The notes: generated from the sequence alone by a model not told the origin. Positions 47,116 to 57,700 are shown, counted from the first letter of the stretch. The stretch is DNA of 64,000 nucleotides from Candidatus Latescibacterota bacterium (GCA_965204375.1 OZ241986.1:1952001-2016000), one strand, 5' to 3'. Made by a program: numbers and translations.

Positions 47116-48162
47116 TTAAGCTAAAGTTATACCAACTGCCTGTCCTGTTTCGCAAATCTGTCGCCAGGTCTCATCATCTATATCTACACCATGGGCTTCT
47201 TTCTCCCGCCGCATGCGCGCTTCCATCTCACCCGGCATCAAAATCTCATCGAACCCGGGCGCGAGCCGGGCACTCTTCAAAAATTGTACAAAAGATTGCA
47301 TCTCATCGCTAAATTGATCGCGTCCGACAAAAGCCCCAATATCCAGCGCCATGATAAACACCCCATTGCCGCCAGAAAGCGCTCCCTCGCGGCTACAACC
47401 ACCGCCACCGAGTGCGCCAGACAAAACATCGACTACCACAGAAAGCGCGTAGCCCTTATGCGCTGAAATCCCGCCAAAAGGCAAAATAGCTCCTCTGGGT
47501 GGACCGTAAAACTTTGCAGGATCCGTCGTCGAATCACCTTCTGCATCAACAACCCAACCTTCGGGTAGCGATTCCCCCAAATTGCGCTTCACCCGGATTT
47601 TCCCTTCCGCGACAACACTCGTAGTTAAATCCACGACAATCGGAAAATCGCCCCCCGTGGGAATACCCACGGCAATGGGATTGGGCGACATACGTGCATC
47701 AATGCCGCCAAACGGATGCTGAAGCAATCCCCCTCCGTGATTGTTGCACATCACAATACCGATCATCTCGGCCTCAGCAGCGACCTCCACATATTCACCC
47801 AAACGCCCAATATGCCCGCTATTGAAAAGCTCGACCACGGCAACCGACCGCTGTTTTGCCTTCTCCATTGCCAGTGCCATAGCCTGATGGCAAACAGTTT
47901 GTCCAAACCCCCAACCACCATCGACAACTGCCGAAGCATCGGCCTCGCGCACAACCGCGATCTCCTGCCCGGCGTGCACGCGCCCCTCCTCAAGTGCCTG
48001 AACGTATTGCACCAGGCGAATCACACCGTGGGAATCGTGCCCCATCAAATTGGACAACACCAGCGAATGCGCAATCTGGCGCGCTTCTTCCGCGCTCAAA
48101 CCCGCGCCTTCAAACACCTGTGTACAGGCCCCTTTGAGCCTTTCAACATCCAGAACAGGCAT
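47116..48162 (-). CDS. Ldh_2-family (malate/L-lactate/sulfolactate/hydroxycarboxylate) dehydrogenase
   Basis: GHDSHGV.RL, GHIGRLG, NPIA, HKGYAL, MPGE. Confidence 0.9.
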   Translation of the reverse strand: MPVLDVERLKGACTQVFEGAGLSAEEARQIAHSLVLSNLMGHDSHGVIRLVQYVQALEEGRVHAGQEIAVVREADASAVVDGGWGFGQTVCHQAMALAMEKAKQRSVAVVELFNSGHIGRLGEYVEVAAEAEMIGIVMCNNHGGGLLQHPFGGIDARMSPNPIAVGIPTGGDFPIVVDLTTSVVAEGKIRVKRNLGESLPEGWVVDAEGDSTTDPAKFYGPPRGAILPFGGISAHKGYALSVVVDVLSGALGGGGCSREGALSGGNGVFIMALDIGAFVGRDQFSDEMQSFVQFLKSARLAPGFDEILMPGEMEARMRREKEAHGVDIDDETWRQICETGQAVGITLA

Positions 48163-48230
48163 ACATCCTCCTCACCAGATCAGAATCGGGCCATAATCTA
48201 CCATTAACGGGCATAATGGTCAATAATTGA

Positions 48231-48259
48231 GTAGGTGCGGGTTTCAAACCCGCACCTAC
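48231..48259. repeat. GTAG-type REP palindrome
   Basis: gtaggtgcgggttt-c-aaacccgcacctac perfect inverted repeat beginning with GTAG. Confidence 0.8.
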
Positions 48260-48349
48260 ATGAAATAGGCAAAAGATTTTTCCCTTACAACCCCTTGTTC
48301 ATCTGTGTAAAACACCTTCTTTTTTTTGCGTAACGTCAATTTTTAATTT

Positions 48350-48736
48350 TCAAAGCATCTTCTCTTTGCGATGCACCAGTTGTACGCAAACGCCCCAGGG
48401 ATCGCGCAGCATCGCCAGCGTATCCCCTGCATCCGTAGGCGTGGGTTCCTGCACAACTGTTGCACCCGCCGCTTTCAAACGCGCAAAATCGGCCTCGATA
48501 TCCTCAGTCGCATAAGCAAAATGCAATGCCAGATGGTGCATCGAAGCATAATCTGGCGTCTCTACTTCTGGCTGATGATAAAGCTCGTACATCGTCTCCC
48601 CCTCCGAATCCGCCACAAACGTCATCTTGATAGGCGGTGGCCCCTGGCGCACAACGCGCATGCCCAGATTATCGCAATACCACTTTGCAACCTCATCGGG
48701 ATCATCAACCACAAAAGCAATGTGTTCAACCTTCAT
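48350..48736 (-). CDS. VOC/glyoxalase-family protein
   Basis: EHIAF, YEL, LHFAY, RDPWG. Confidence 0.88.
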   Translation of the reverse strand: MKVEHIAFVVDDPDEVAKWYCDNLGMRVVRQGPPPIKMTFVADSEGETMYELYHQPEVETPDYASMHHLALHFAYATEDIEADFARLKAAGATVVQEPTPTDAGDTLAMLRDPWGVCVQLVHRKEKML

Positions 48737-48759
48737 CTCTTTCTCCTTGTTAAAATGAT

Positions 48760-48784
48760 GGACAGATTTACGGGTCTGCCCTAC
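48760..48784 (-). repeat. GTAG-type REP half supplying the TAG stop of the upstream ATPase gene
   Basis: Minus strand gtagggcagacccgtaaatctgtcc. Confidence 0.6.
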
Positions 48785-49794
48785 CCCGTCATACCTTCCA
48801 ACTGCAATACATCGCTCAAATGACAGCGCACCGCATGCCCCGGCGCGATCTCGCGCAATTCAGGAACTTCCTCCTTACATCGATCCTCAGCATAAGAGCA
48901 ACGCGGATGAAACGCGCATCCCGAAGGCGTATCCCCGGGGTCCGCCACCTCGCCAGACAGCAAAACGCGCTTCTTCTTTCGCCTGGGATCCGGATTGGGC
49001 ACCGCCGACAAAAGTGCCTCGGTATAGGGATGCGCGGGACTTTGAAAAAGCTGATCAACCGAAGCCAATTCCACAACCTTACCCACATACATCACAGCCA
49101 CGCGGTCAGAAATATGGCGCACCACACTCAAATCGTGCGCGACAAACAAATACGTCAACCCGAACTTTTCTTGCAACTCCTGAAGCAAATTGAGCACCTG
49201 CGCCTGCACAGAAACATCCAACGCGGAAACGGGTTCATCCGCCACGATCAGCCTGGGATGCAATGCCAGTGCCCTCGCAATGCCAATGCGCTGCCGCTGC
49301 CCACCGCTAAAAGCGTGTGGATACCGCCGCAAAAAATGGGGATTTAACCCCACCTGAACGAGCAATTCCCGCACCCGCGTCTCTCGTTCGTGGCGATCTG
49401 CGACCCCATTGACCAGCAGCGGTTCACCAATAATATCGAGCACCGTCATACGCGGATTCAAAGAGGCGTAGGGATCTTGAAAAATCATCTGCATATCTCG
49501 GCGCAGCGACTTGAGCACATCATGGGGTGCCCGTGCAACATCGACCTCCTCGCTATCCTTGCGAAACCACACCTCGCCAGCCGTGGGGGCTATCGCCCGC
49601 AAAATTGTGCGCCCAACCGTTGTTTTACCCGACCCACTTTCCCCAACCAGCCCCAGGCACTCGCCCTCAAACAAATCAAAACTCACGCCATCTACGGCTT
49701 TGACCTGACCGACAACCGTATTGAAAAAACCGCGCGTAATGGGAAAATGCTTTTTCAGGTCACGCACCCGCAACAGAGCGTTCTGTTCATGCAT
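48781..49794 (-). CDS. Oligopeptide/dipeptide ABC transporter ATP-binding subunit (DppF/OppF-like)
   Basis: [37 protein letters not shown]-terminal Cys cluster. Start reassigned to ATG 49794. Confidence 0.93.
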   Translation of the reverse strand: MHEQNALLRVRDLKKHFPITRGFFNTVVGQVKAVDGVSFDLFEGECLGLVGESGSGKTTVGRTILRAIAPTAGEVWFRKDSEEVDVARAPHDVLKSLRRDMQMIFQDPYASLNPRMTVLDIIGEPLLVNGVADRHERETRVRELLVQVGLNPHFLRRYPHAFSGGQRQRIGIARALALHPRLIVADEPVSALDVSVQAQVLNLLQELQEKFGLTYLFVAHDLSVVRHISDRVAVMYVGKVVELASVDQLFQSPAHPYTEALLSAVPNPDPRRKKKRVLLSGEVADPGDTPSGCAFHPRCSYAEDRCKEEVPELREIAPGHAVRCHLSDVLQLEGMTG

Positions 49795-50794
49795 CGCGCA
49801 CATCCTCCCCATAAAGCACACACGCCACCCCATGCCCATCTCCAACAGTGAGCAATTCTGGCCTATCGCCCGTATTGCACACCCCGTCCTGCGCCACTTC
49901 ACATCGCGGATGAAAAGGACACCCCTGCAATTGCGTATAGGGGTCGGGCACAGACCCCCTGATCGTCTGCAACCGCGTCTTTCTCATCCGACTCATTCCC
50001 GGGATAGACTCCATCAGCGCCTGCGTATAGGGGTGTTTGGGATTTTCAAAAATCTCCTCTGTCGCCGCGTGTTCCACAATGCGCCCCATATACATCACCG
50101 CAACCTCATCTGCCATCTCTGCAACCACACCCAAATCGTGTGTAATCAGCATAATCGACATCTGGAATTCGTCTTGCAAATCGCGCATCAAATCCAGTAT
50201 CTGCGCCTGAATGGTGACATCTAATGCCGTCGTGGGTTCATCGGCAATCAACAGTGCCGGACGGCACGAAAGTGCCATGGCAATCATCACGCGCTGTCGC
50301 ATCCCGCCGCTCATCTCGTGCGGATATTGTGCAAATCGCCGCTCAGCATCTGGAATCCCAACCCGATCCAGCATATTTACGGCGAGTGCCCGCGCTTCTT
50401 CACCCCGCAAATCGAGATGCAATCGAATCGCCTCCACAATTTGAAACCCCACCGTATGCACCGGACTCAACGACGTCATCGGCTCCTGAAAAATCATCGC
50501 AATTTCGTGCCCGCGAATCGCGCGAATATCCTCGCCTTCCTCGTCCAGATCCGTCAAATAAATCTCGCGGTCTGGACGGTGCAAAACAATCTCACCCGCC
50601 ACAATTCGTCCGGGCGATGACACCAGACGCAATGCCGAAAAAGCCGTCACACTCTTCCCGCATCCACTCTCGCCCACAATCCCCACCGTCTTCCCTCGGG
50701 GAATATCCATCGTCACGCCATCCACAGCGCGAACCGTTCCCTCATCGAGAAAAAAGTGCGTCTTCAAATTATTTATGGTCAGCACATTGTCCAA
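49787..50794 (-). CDS. Oligopeptide/dipeptide ABC transporter ATP-binding subunit (DppD/OppD-like)
   Basis: [32 protein letters not shown]. Confidence 0.93.
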   Translation of the reverse strand: MDNVLTINNLKTHFFLDEGTVRAVDGVTMDIPRGKTVGIVGESGCGKSVTAFSALRLVSSPGRIVAGEIVLHRPDREIYLTDLDEEGEDIRAIRGHEIAMIFQEPMTSLSPVHTVGFQIVEAIRLHLDLRGEEARALAVNMLDRVGIPDAERRFAQYPHEMSGGMRQRVMIAMALSCRPALLIADEPTTALDVTIQAQILDLMRDLQDEFQMSIMLITHDLGVVAEMADEVAVMYMGRIVEHAATEEIFENPKHPYTQALMESIPGMSRMRKTRLQTIRGSVPDPYTQLQGCPFHPRCEVAQDGVCNTGDRPELLTVGDGHGVACVLYGEDVRDA

Positions 50795-50795
50795 A

Positions 50796-51548
50796 TCACA
50801 CGGCCCCTTTTGCCCGCTTTATAAACGCCTTTGCACCCTCTTGCAACCACCCGGTACTATTCACCAGCAGCATCTGCACCCCGGCAGCGGCGAATTTGCC
50901 CACATTGTCCGACGAAGTCATCGTACCGGCTATACGCCCCGACGCGATGATCTTTGCAAGCGCGTCGTCAATCGTCTTTTGCACCACTTTATTTTCCAAA
51001 TCGCCAATATATCCCATCGACGCCCCCAGATCTGAAGGCGCAACAAAAAACACATCGATCTGATCCACAGTCAGAATTTCATCCAGATTCTCCACCGCGA
51101 CGATGTCTTCAATCAAAATGGTGAGCAACACCTCGTCATTCGCCTTTGCAAAATAATCCTCAACGTCATAGCCCTGCCGGCTCGTGAACATACCGCGCTG
51201 GCCAATGGGTGCAAACCGCCCACCCGCCACTACGTTTTCCGCTTCTTCGCGCGTATTCACATGCGGCACCACAATACCCTGCGCCCCCCTGTCCAGCGTG
51301 CGATAAATAAGCGTCTGATCGTTGCGATTCACGCGCACAATCGACGTCATGCCCCACAAATCACAGGCGCGCGTGAGATTGCCCAACTCGTCAAAAACCA
51401 TCGGACCGTGCTCCCCCTCAATCCATATCCCATCAAAATTCGCGGGACCAAATGCGTCGATATCATCCGCGTGCGTAAATCCACCAGCGATATACGCCTG
51501 TTCGCCGCGTCGCAACTTGCGTTTTACTAGATTCTGTCGAAGTTCCAT
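50796..51548 (-). CDS. HpcH/HpaI-family aldolase
   Basis: IEGEHG, IVRV, LDRGAQGIVVPHV, IED, PSDL. Confidence 0.88.
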   Translation of the reverse strand: MELRQNLVKRKLRRGEQAYIAGGFTHADDIDAFGPANFDGIWIEGEHGPMVFDELGNLTRACDLWGMTSIVRVNRNDQTLIYRTLDRGAQGIVVPHVNTREEAENVVAGGRFAPIGQRGMFTSRQGYDVEDYFAKANDEVLLTILIEDIVAVENLDEILTVDQIDVFFVAPSDLGASMGYIGDLENKVVQKTIDDALAKIIASGRIAGTMTSSDNVGKFAAAGVQMLLVNSTGWLQEGAKAFIKRAKGAV

Positions 51549-51560
51549 AAGTCTAATCTC

Positions 51561-52694
51561 CTAACGTGAATAAGGATCGGCAGCGTCGCGCAGACCGTCG
51601 CCGACAAAATTAAATGCGAGCACAGTAATAATTACAAAAATTACAGGCGTCAAAAGCCACGGCTGAAAAGCCACCGCCTGCACATTTTGCGCCTCTTTGA
51701 GCAACACCCCCCAACTCGTCACCGGAGGACGCAATCCAAGACCGAGAAAACTCAGCGATGTCTCGCCCAAAATCATACCCGGCACAGCGAGCGTCAAACT
51801 CACGATAATATGGCTCATAAACGAAGGCAGCAGATGCCGCGTCATAATCCGCCAGCGACTCGCGCCGGCAAGCAGCGCAGCAGTTGCAAAATCCTCTTCG
51901 CGCAACGACAAAATTTTCCCGCGCACCTGCCGCGCCAAACCTGTCCACCCAATAAAGGACAGCACAACCGTAATACCCATATAGATCTGCAAAGGCGACC
52001 ACGACGAAGGCAGCGCCGCCGCCAGTGCCATCCACAGCGGAATAGACGGAAACGACCTGAGAATCTCAATCCCGCGCTGAATGAGATTGTCGATCCACCC
52101 CCCGTAGTACCCGGACACCACACCGATCACCAGACCAAATACAAAACTCAATGTCACCCCCACCAGCCCTATCGTCAGCGAAATGCGCGAACCGTAAATA
52201 ATCCTCGAAAGCAAATCTCGCCCGAGATGATCCGTCCCCAACAAAAAAAGCGTGCCCCCTTCATCAACTCCAAAAAGATGGACATCCGTCTCAAACAGGC
52301 CCCAGAACCGATAGGGCGCACCCCGCACAAACAAGCGCACAGCATAGCGCTGCTCTCGATCTTCTATGTAGAACTTCCGAAGCGTTTCCGGATGCCGCAC
52401 CCCCTTGATCCCATACACAAACGGCCAGAAATGCACGCCTTCATCCGACACAAATTGCAGACGCTGGGGCGGAGCAAACGCGTAGGCAACCTGCCGATGA
52501 TTGAGCGTATAAGGCGCCAAAAACTCGCAAAATACAGCCACCACATAAAGCGCGACAATAACCATCCCCGCAGCCATTGCCAGGTGATGCTTGCGAAACT
52601 TCCACCACATCAACTGCCACTGAGACGCAGCATACGCTTCCGTTTCTCCGGTCTGAACATCTCGCTCGCCAACCTCTTCCCGTGGCATAGCCAT
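51561..52694 (-). CDS. Dpp/Opp ABC transporter permease (DppC-like)
   Basis: LGTDHLGRDLLSR, ETSLSFLGLG, GDGLRDAADP. Confidence 0.93.
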   Translation of the reverse strand: MAMPREEVGERDVQTGETEAYAASQWQLMWWKFRKHHLAMAAGMVIVALYVVAVFCEFLAPYTLNHRQVAYAFAPPQRLQFVSDEGVHFWPFVYGIKGVRHPETLRKFYIEDREQRYAVRLFVRGAPYRFWGLFETDVHLFGVDEGGTLFLLGTDHLGRDLLSRIIYGSRISLTIGLVGVTLSFVFGLVIGVVSGYYGGWIDNLIQRGIEILRSFPSIPLWMALAAALPSSWSPLQIYMGITVVLSFIGWTGLARQVRGKILSLREEDFATAALLAGASRWRIMTRHLLPSFMSHIIVSLTLAVPGMILGETSLSFLGLGLRPPVTSWGVLLKEAQNVQAVAFQPWLLTPVIFVIITVLAFNFVGDGLRDAADPYSR

Positions 52695-53690
52695 CTAATG
52701 CTCCCCCTCTTCGTAGCGAATGCGCGGATCGAGCCACAACAACAAAATGTCTGAAATGAGCGTACCGACAAGCGTCAACAGACTCAACATCATCACCATA
52801 CTCCCCGCCAAATACATATCCTGATTCATAAGCGCGCGCAACAACAGCGGTCCCGTCGTCGGCAAGCCCAACACCACCGACGTAATGGTCGCCCCAGACA
52901 CAATACCCGGCAAAACCCATCCCACAGTACTGACGAGCGGATTGAGCGCCACGCGCACCGGATACCGCATCAGCAACACCCAGTAGCGCACGCCTTTGGC
53001 GCGGGCAGTCATCACGTATTGCTTCCGCAATTCATCCAGCAAATTGCCCCGCATCACCCGTATCAACCCCGCCGTACCCGACGTGCCAATCACAATCACC
53101 GGAATCCACAAATGCCCGAGCAAATCGAGAAATTTGCCAAAAGACCACGCCGCACTCTGGTATTCCGGTGAAAACAATCCTCCCGCACTCACCCCAAACA
53201 CGGAATACCCGATGTACATAAAAACGAGCGCGAGCAAAAAATTGGGCGTCGCAAGCCCGATAAAGCCCAAAAACGTAAAGCAATAATCTGGCAGTGAATA
53301 CTGCTTCACAGCCGAATAAATCCCAACCGGAATCGCCAGTGCCCACGTCACCAGCAGCGTCACAATCGAAATAATAGATGTCAACAAAATGCGTTCGCCA
53401 ATCAGCTCTGTCACGGGCCGGTTCCACTCAAACGACATTCCCAGATCGCCCTGCACCATCCCGACCAACCACCGCCAGTATTGCACCATAAAAGGCTGAT
53501 CGAGATTGTATCGCGCCCGCAGTGCTGCAGCCTGCGCCTCATCCACCGTCTCCCCCGTTTCCCCCAGCGCAGCAATATACGACGTGAGATAATCCCCCGG
53601 TGGAAGCTGGATAATCGAGAATGAAATGAATGAGATGATTACCATGGTGGGTATCATCCATAATAGGCGTTTAATGATGAGAATGAGCAT
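52695..53690 (-). CDS. Dpp/Opp ABC transporter permease (DppB-like)
   Basis: PPGD, GDLGMS, YVMTARAKG, LDPRIR. Confidence 0.93.
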   Translation of the reverse strand: MLILIIKRLLWMIPTMVIISFISFSIIQLPPGDYLTSYIAALGETGETVDEAQAAALRARYNLDQPFMVQYWRWLVGMVQGDLGMSFEWNRPVTELIGERILLTSIISIVTLLVTWALAIPVGIYSAVKQYSLPDYCFTFLGFIGLATPNFLLALVFMYIGYSVFGVSAGGLFSPEYQSAAWSFGKFLDLLGHLWIPVIVIGTSGTAGLIRVMRGNLLDELRKQYVMTARAKGVRYWVLLMRYPVRVALNPLVSTVGWVLPGIVSGATITSVVLGLPTTGPLLLRALMNQDMYLAGSMVMMLSLLTLVGTLISDILLLWLDPRIRYEEGEH

Positions 53691-53760
53691 ATAAAAATTT
53701 TCCTGGAGGTGAAAGCAACCTCAGATACAAAAACTATCCGCAGAAAAAAACGCGAATGAG

Positions 53761-53795
53761 CGGTGTACAACTGGCCGCCTCTCAGGCCAGTTCAT
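53761..53795 (+). repeat. 35-nt dispersed hairpin element, copy 2
   Basis: cggtgtacaactggccgcctctcaggccagttcat. Confidence 0.9.
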
Positions 53796-53839
53796 TTGAG
53801 CGTTTTTCGCAGATGAATGAAGATTAAAATATTTTGAGT

Positions 53840-54418
53840 TCAGCCATTATGTTGCTCAGATTCTTCTCGTGCCCGTTGCAATAATTCAGACAAATTTAGA
53901 GATTCTGCCCAGTGGTTTAGGTAATTCCAATCTATCCGTTCGCCCTGTACTTTTAAGATACCCGATACATCCCGCCATTGCCGATCTGAAACTTCGCCAC
54001 CTTTTCGAAACCAGATCAATTTTTGCAATACAATATCCTCTGGCGTTGCCACGACCAATTGCATGTCGGCAATGGTTTGTGGCCTTCGACGACGCATTTC
54101 TTCGCGGTCAATTGCTTCAGAACCAAGTACAAAAATATCTACCTTAATCATTGTTTCGAGATGGATAACATTGAAGGAACTCTGCTGAGAGACAGCGCGA
54201 ATAACGTCTTCCTCTTCGATATAAAATGCGTTTTGGGTATTTGCAATGAGAGCTTGAATATGGTGATTCTTCAGTTCTGCAACCATGTCGATATCCTGTG
54301 TGGCGCGAGGCTCTCCGTAGATTGAACTGGCAATTGATCCTCCCACCAGATATGGAATATCCAGATTTTCAAAAATTTCAGCCATTTGCAGGGCGACGCA
54401 AAGGGGTTCAGAAATCAC
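53840..54418 (-). CDS. Pol-beta-superfamily nucleotidyltransferase-like protein
   Basis: GGSIAS..YGEPRATQDID, KVDIF, TPEDIVLQKL, QWRDV. Confidence 0.8.
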   Translation of the reverse strand: MISEPLCVALQMAEIFENLDIPYLVGGSIASSIYGEPRATQDIDMVAELKNHHIQALIANTQNAFYIEEEDVIRAVSQQSSFNVIHLETMIKVDIFVLGSEAIDREEMRRRRPQTIADMQLVVATPEDIVLQKLIWFRKGGEVSDRQWRDVSGILKVQGERIDWNYLNHWAESLNLSELLQRAREESEQHNG

Positions 54419-54419
54419 C

Positions 54420-54686
54420 TCAATAGCCCTCTTTGTGTGGATCCCATCCGAATGCTTTGATCATGGTCTGCCGGGGGAGCCGCAACGCGCCGAGGCGAAG
54501 GCGAATTTCTCGCTCATCTGCTTCGGGATACCTGCTGCGAATGCCCGCAACTGCAAGGTCTGTACACGCCTGAGAGAGTTGGGATATCTTCTCGGCTTTT
54601 TCGTGTGGTGTCATGCGCCGATACGCTTCAATGAGCAGGCGTTCTACCCCGGGATTCGTGTCCCGCGATTGTGTTTTATAAGCCAT
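54420..54686 (-). CDS. Small helical hypothetical protein, partner of the nucleotidyltransferase
   Basis: DT.P.VE...YRRMTP.EK...GIRSRYP; GGAGAG RBS; 1 nt from the downstream gene. Confidence 0.7.
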   Translation of the reverse strand: MAYKTQSRDTNPGVERLLIEAYRRMTPHEKAEKISQLSQACTDLAVAGIRSRYPEADEREIRLRLGALRLPRQTMIKAFGWDPHKEGY

Positions 54687-54719
54687 ACGACTCTCCAATC
54701 TGGACTATTACTTGTTCGT

Positions 54720-56816
54720 CTATTCCTCCATCGCATAACACTCAACCGCCGTATTTCCGGGCGTGCGAAATGCCCAGCCGGACATCGCGACCTCGGGCAC
54801 ATTGCGAAATGAATTTTTGACCAGATAAAACGAGGGCAATGCCCCCACCGTGCCGATAACCCACAGATTCTTTCGGTTCAAATCGATAATTTCTCCCATA
54901 AGCCGGATCTGTTCGGCTTCTTCAATCGTCTTCTCAATTTCCCAAAACAGCTCAATACACCGCCGAATATCTTTTGGGGGTTCTTCGCCGCGTTTTTTCT
55001 CCGTGCGATACCAGCGCGCGTAATCCACCGCGTGTACAGACTCATCGCTAAAGGGAACGAGCCAGCGCGGATCCAGAACAGCGATCTGTTCATCTGATCC
55101 ACCCCACACGCCAACATCGTGCAACAAACCCTTCTTGCGCTCGTAAAACAACTGCCGCGCTTCTTCCTTCACCTCTGACTGCACCCCCACCGCAGTCCAA
55201 TAGCTCGCCACCAGTTCCAGAATGCGATTATTCAGAGACGTCGTCTCAATATAGAGCTTAATCGGTTCGCCATCAGCCCGCAATCGCATGCCATTTCTTC
55301 CGCGTACCAAGCCCACCTCGTCGAGCAATGCGTTTGCGCGATCTGGGTCGTATTCGATATATGCGCGCTCGTAATCCGCATCGTAAAACGGCGACGATGG
55401 CGGCGGACAAACCTGCCTCGGCTTTCCAATCCCAAAATAATCCGCCTCGTTTAATTCAGCGCGATTCAGCGCGTGCGACAGGGCTTTTCTAAAGCGATGA
55501 TCCCCGATAATCCTCTTCATTTCCGGATCGCGGTGATTCAAATTCAACGCCAGAATATTTGATCCTGCCGATCCATTGATCCAGTGCACAACCCGATAAT
55601 CGCCCTTCTTTCTCCCCTCCATAAACAGCGGATAATTCTGGAACTGCAGGTGCCGCCCCTGCATGCCTATTTCCCCATTGATCGCCTTGAGATTAATAGT
55701 CTCGGGATCAAAAATCTCAAAGGTCATGCGGTCGATATACGGCAGTTGATTCCCATCGGGATCGACCTTCCAATAATAGGGATTGCGCTCCAGCACTGCC
55801 GGACGCGCAGGCGGCGGCGCAACCACAACCCACGGCCACAAACGCGGGATATCCGGATTGCGCCAATCGCGCATATCTTCAAAAAGCTGCTTCCACAAAT
55901 CAAAACCCGCAGCCTCACTCATCGTATCGAGCTTTTCCAAAGACGTGTACTTCGGATGAAATTGCTTCATATAATGGGCAGGATAGCGCAACATTTCATA
56001 ACCGCGCCCCGACGCCAATTTTTTGACAAATAACCCATTGGGTTCCAAAAACGTGAACCGCACCGTATAATCATCGACTTTCTCCAGCCCCATCACCTGG
56101 CCGCCCCGCTTAAAATCGCGCGGAACAACAGGCGTTATCTCCTCATTTTGCAACACATCCTCATACCAGAAAATGAGATCATCAACCGTAAACGGATGCC
56201 CGTCTGACCACCTGACCCCTCTGCGCAAATAAAATGTAAAACTGCGTCCCCCATCGGCCACCTCCCACCGCACCGCCAGATTGGGGATTACCTCCTGCGC
56301 CATCGCATCCCACCGAACCAGACCTTCATACGCAAACCGGGCTTCGACAATACCCACATCGCGGGGACCCGTGGCAAACCGCGTCCACGTCCCACCATAA
56401 GGCCCATGCTGTTGCGGCGGCACAATAACCAGAGGATCTTCCGGCAGGCGTTCCGACACGGGCGGCAGGATCCCCTCTTGCACCCGCTGGGCGAGCAAAG
56501 GCGCTTCGCCGAATCGTCCCCCCGACCATTCCATCACCCGATGCACTGCCCCCGTTGCCTCGGGATGGCGATTGGGAATCTCAACATCCGCCATCACAGC
56601 CTCGAGATCGCGCTTCCCGTCTGCCTCCACCACAGGCACAACGCCATCCTCGGGCGCACGCACCAGACTGCCCATCACAGCCTCAAATTCCGATGCCCGT
56701 TGTATCGCATTCGGATCGCGCGGCGAAAGGTAAAACGCGACATACCCCATCCCCTGCACCAGAAGCACAAAACTGGCAAAAACACCGATAAGCGCGATCC
56801 ACACTTTGATTCCCAT
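54720..56816 (-). CDS. ABC transporter substrate-binding protein, family 5
   Basis: LPPVSERLP, YGGT, PNLA..WE, LRRGVRWSDGHPFTVDD, ERNPYYWKVD..GNQLPYID. Confidence 0.93.
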   Translation of the reverse strand: MGIKVWIALIGVFASFVLLVQGMGYVAFYLSPRDPNAIQRASEFEAVMGSLVRAPEDGVVPVVEADGKRDLEAVMADVEIPNRHPEATGAVHRVMEWSGGRFGEAPLLAQRVQEGILPPVSERLPEDPLVIVPPQQHGPYGGTWTRFATGPRDVGIVEARFAYEGLVRWDAMAQEVIPNLAVRWEVADGGRSFTFYLRRGVRWSDGHPFTVDDLIFWYEDVLQNEEITPVVPRDFKRGGQVMGLEKVDDYTVRFTFLEPNGLFVKKLASGRGYEMLRYPAHYMKQFHPKYTSLEKLDTMSEAAGFDLWKQLFEDMRDWRNPDIPRLWPWVVVAPPPARPAVLERNPYYWKVDPDGNQLPYIDRMTFEIFDPETINLKAINGEIGMQGRHLQFQNYPLFMEGRKKGDYRVVHWINGSAGSNILALNLNHRDPEMKRIIGDHRFRKALSHALNRAELNEADYFGIGKPRQVCPPPSSPFYDADYERAYIEYDPDRANALLDEVGLVRGRNGMRLRADGEPIKLYIETTSLNNRILELVASYWTAVGVQSEVKEEARQLFYERKKGLLHDVGVWGGSDEQIAVLDPRWLVPFSDESVHAVDYARWYRTEKKRGEEPPKDIRRCIELFWEIEKTIEEAEQIRLMGEIIDLNRKNLWVIGTVGALPSFYLVKNSFRNVPEVAMSGWAFRTPGNTAVECYAMEE

Positions 56817-56840
56817 AAAGAACCATCTCTAACTGTCTGA

Positions 56841-56957
56841 ATCGCGGATTTTCGCGGATTCAGGGATTTCACAGATTAAATGCAAATTATTCCTTCTCAT
56901 CTGTATTTATCTGTGTCCATCTGCGTCCATCTGCGTCCATCTGCGTCCATCTGCGGA
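56841..56957. repeat. Oppositely oriented short-period tandem repeats (CGCGGATT-like, then CATCTGCGTC 10-mers)
   Basis: tcgcggattt tcgcggattc agggatttc acagatt ... catctgtatt tatctgtgtc catctgcgtc x3 catctgcgg. Confidence 0.85.
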
Positions 56958-56962
56958 TACCC

Positions 56963-57700
56963 TCACCTACTATACACCCCACTGACAAACTTCTCAATCT
57001 CATCTCGCCCCCGCGCAATCGCTTCATCGACAAAACGCGCTTTTATATTCTCATCAAAAAACGCATCTGCCCGCCCCCTGTTCTCAGCAAGACGCTTTTC
57101 CAAATCATCGGACGGGGGACGACCAATCATCTTGAGAAATATACGCTCGAGAACAACGGGGTCTGCATTCTCGGCCCAACCACGCGCGCGCATCACAAAT
57201 CGAGACACTGTTTTGCGATCAATAAACCCCACCTCTCCACGCCCTTCAAACCGATCCAGCACCTCCGCGACACCTGGATACACAATGGGCAATTCATCTA
57301 CATAGGACCACAACCCGTAAATAATGGGCCGCCAGTCTTCAACACCGTGGACGTGAATCGTCACCTCATCCCGAAACGCTTCATCCGTCGTCAAATGCGC
57401 GATATACCCCATCAACAAAACGCGATCTCGCGGATCCATATTCTGATAATCCGCCAGATCGGGATGCGCTTCAAACATACCCGAAACGGACTTGCCCCAC
57501 GTCTCGCGCCGATCCTCTTCATAAAAATGCGATCTGTACTTGCCCATCTTCCCCAGCAAACGCATCGCATCCGGCGCCATAGAACCCGCCACAAGCTCAG
57601 GCAAATACCGCCCGCTCAATGCACCTACCTCAGGCAAATCGCGCTCAAGCTGCTCCTGCAACCCGAGCACCAGCGCAAAATGACACCGCCCACGAGGCAT
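56963..57700 (-). CDS. Zinc-dependent phospholipase C-like hypothetical protein
   Basis: N-terminal MP...H, GSMAPD, SHF, GYIAHLTTD motifs. Confidence 0.65.
   Translation of the reverse strand: MPRGRCHFALVLGLQEQLERDLPEVGALSGRYLPELVAGSMAPDAMRLLGKMGKYRSHFYEEDRRETWGKSVSGMFEAHPDLADYQNMDPRDRVLLMGYIAHLTTDEAFRDEVTIHVHGVEDWRPIIYGLWSYVDELPIVYPGVAEVLDRFEGRGEVGFIDRKTVSRFVMRARGWAENADPVVLERIFLKMIGRPPSDDLEKRLAENRGRADAFFDENIKARFVDEAIARGRDEIEKFVSGVYSR

Noticed and set aside
51687-52754. 355-aa plus-strand ORF
   Set aside because: Antisense shadow of the permease gene.
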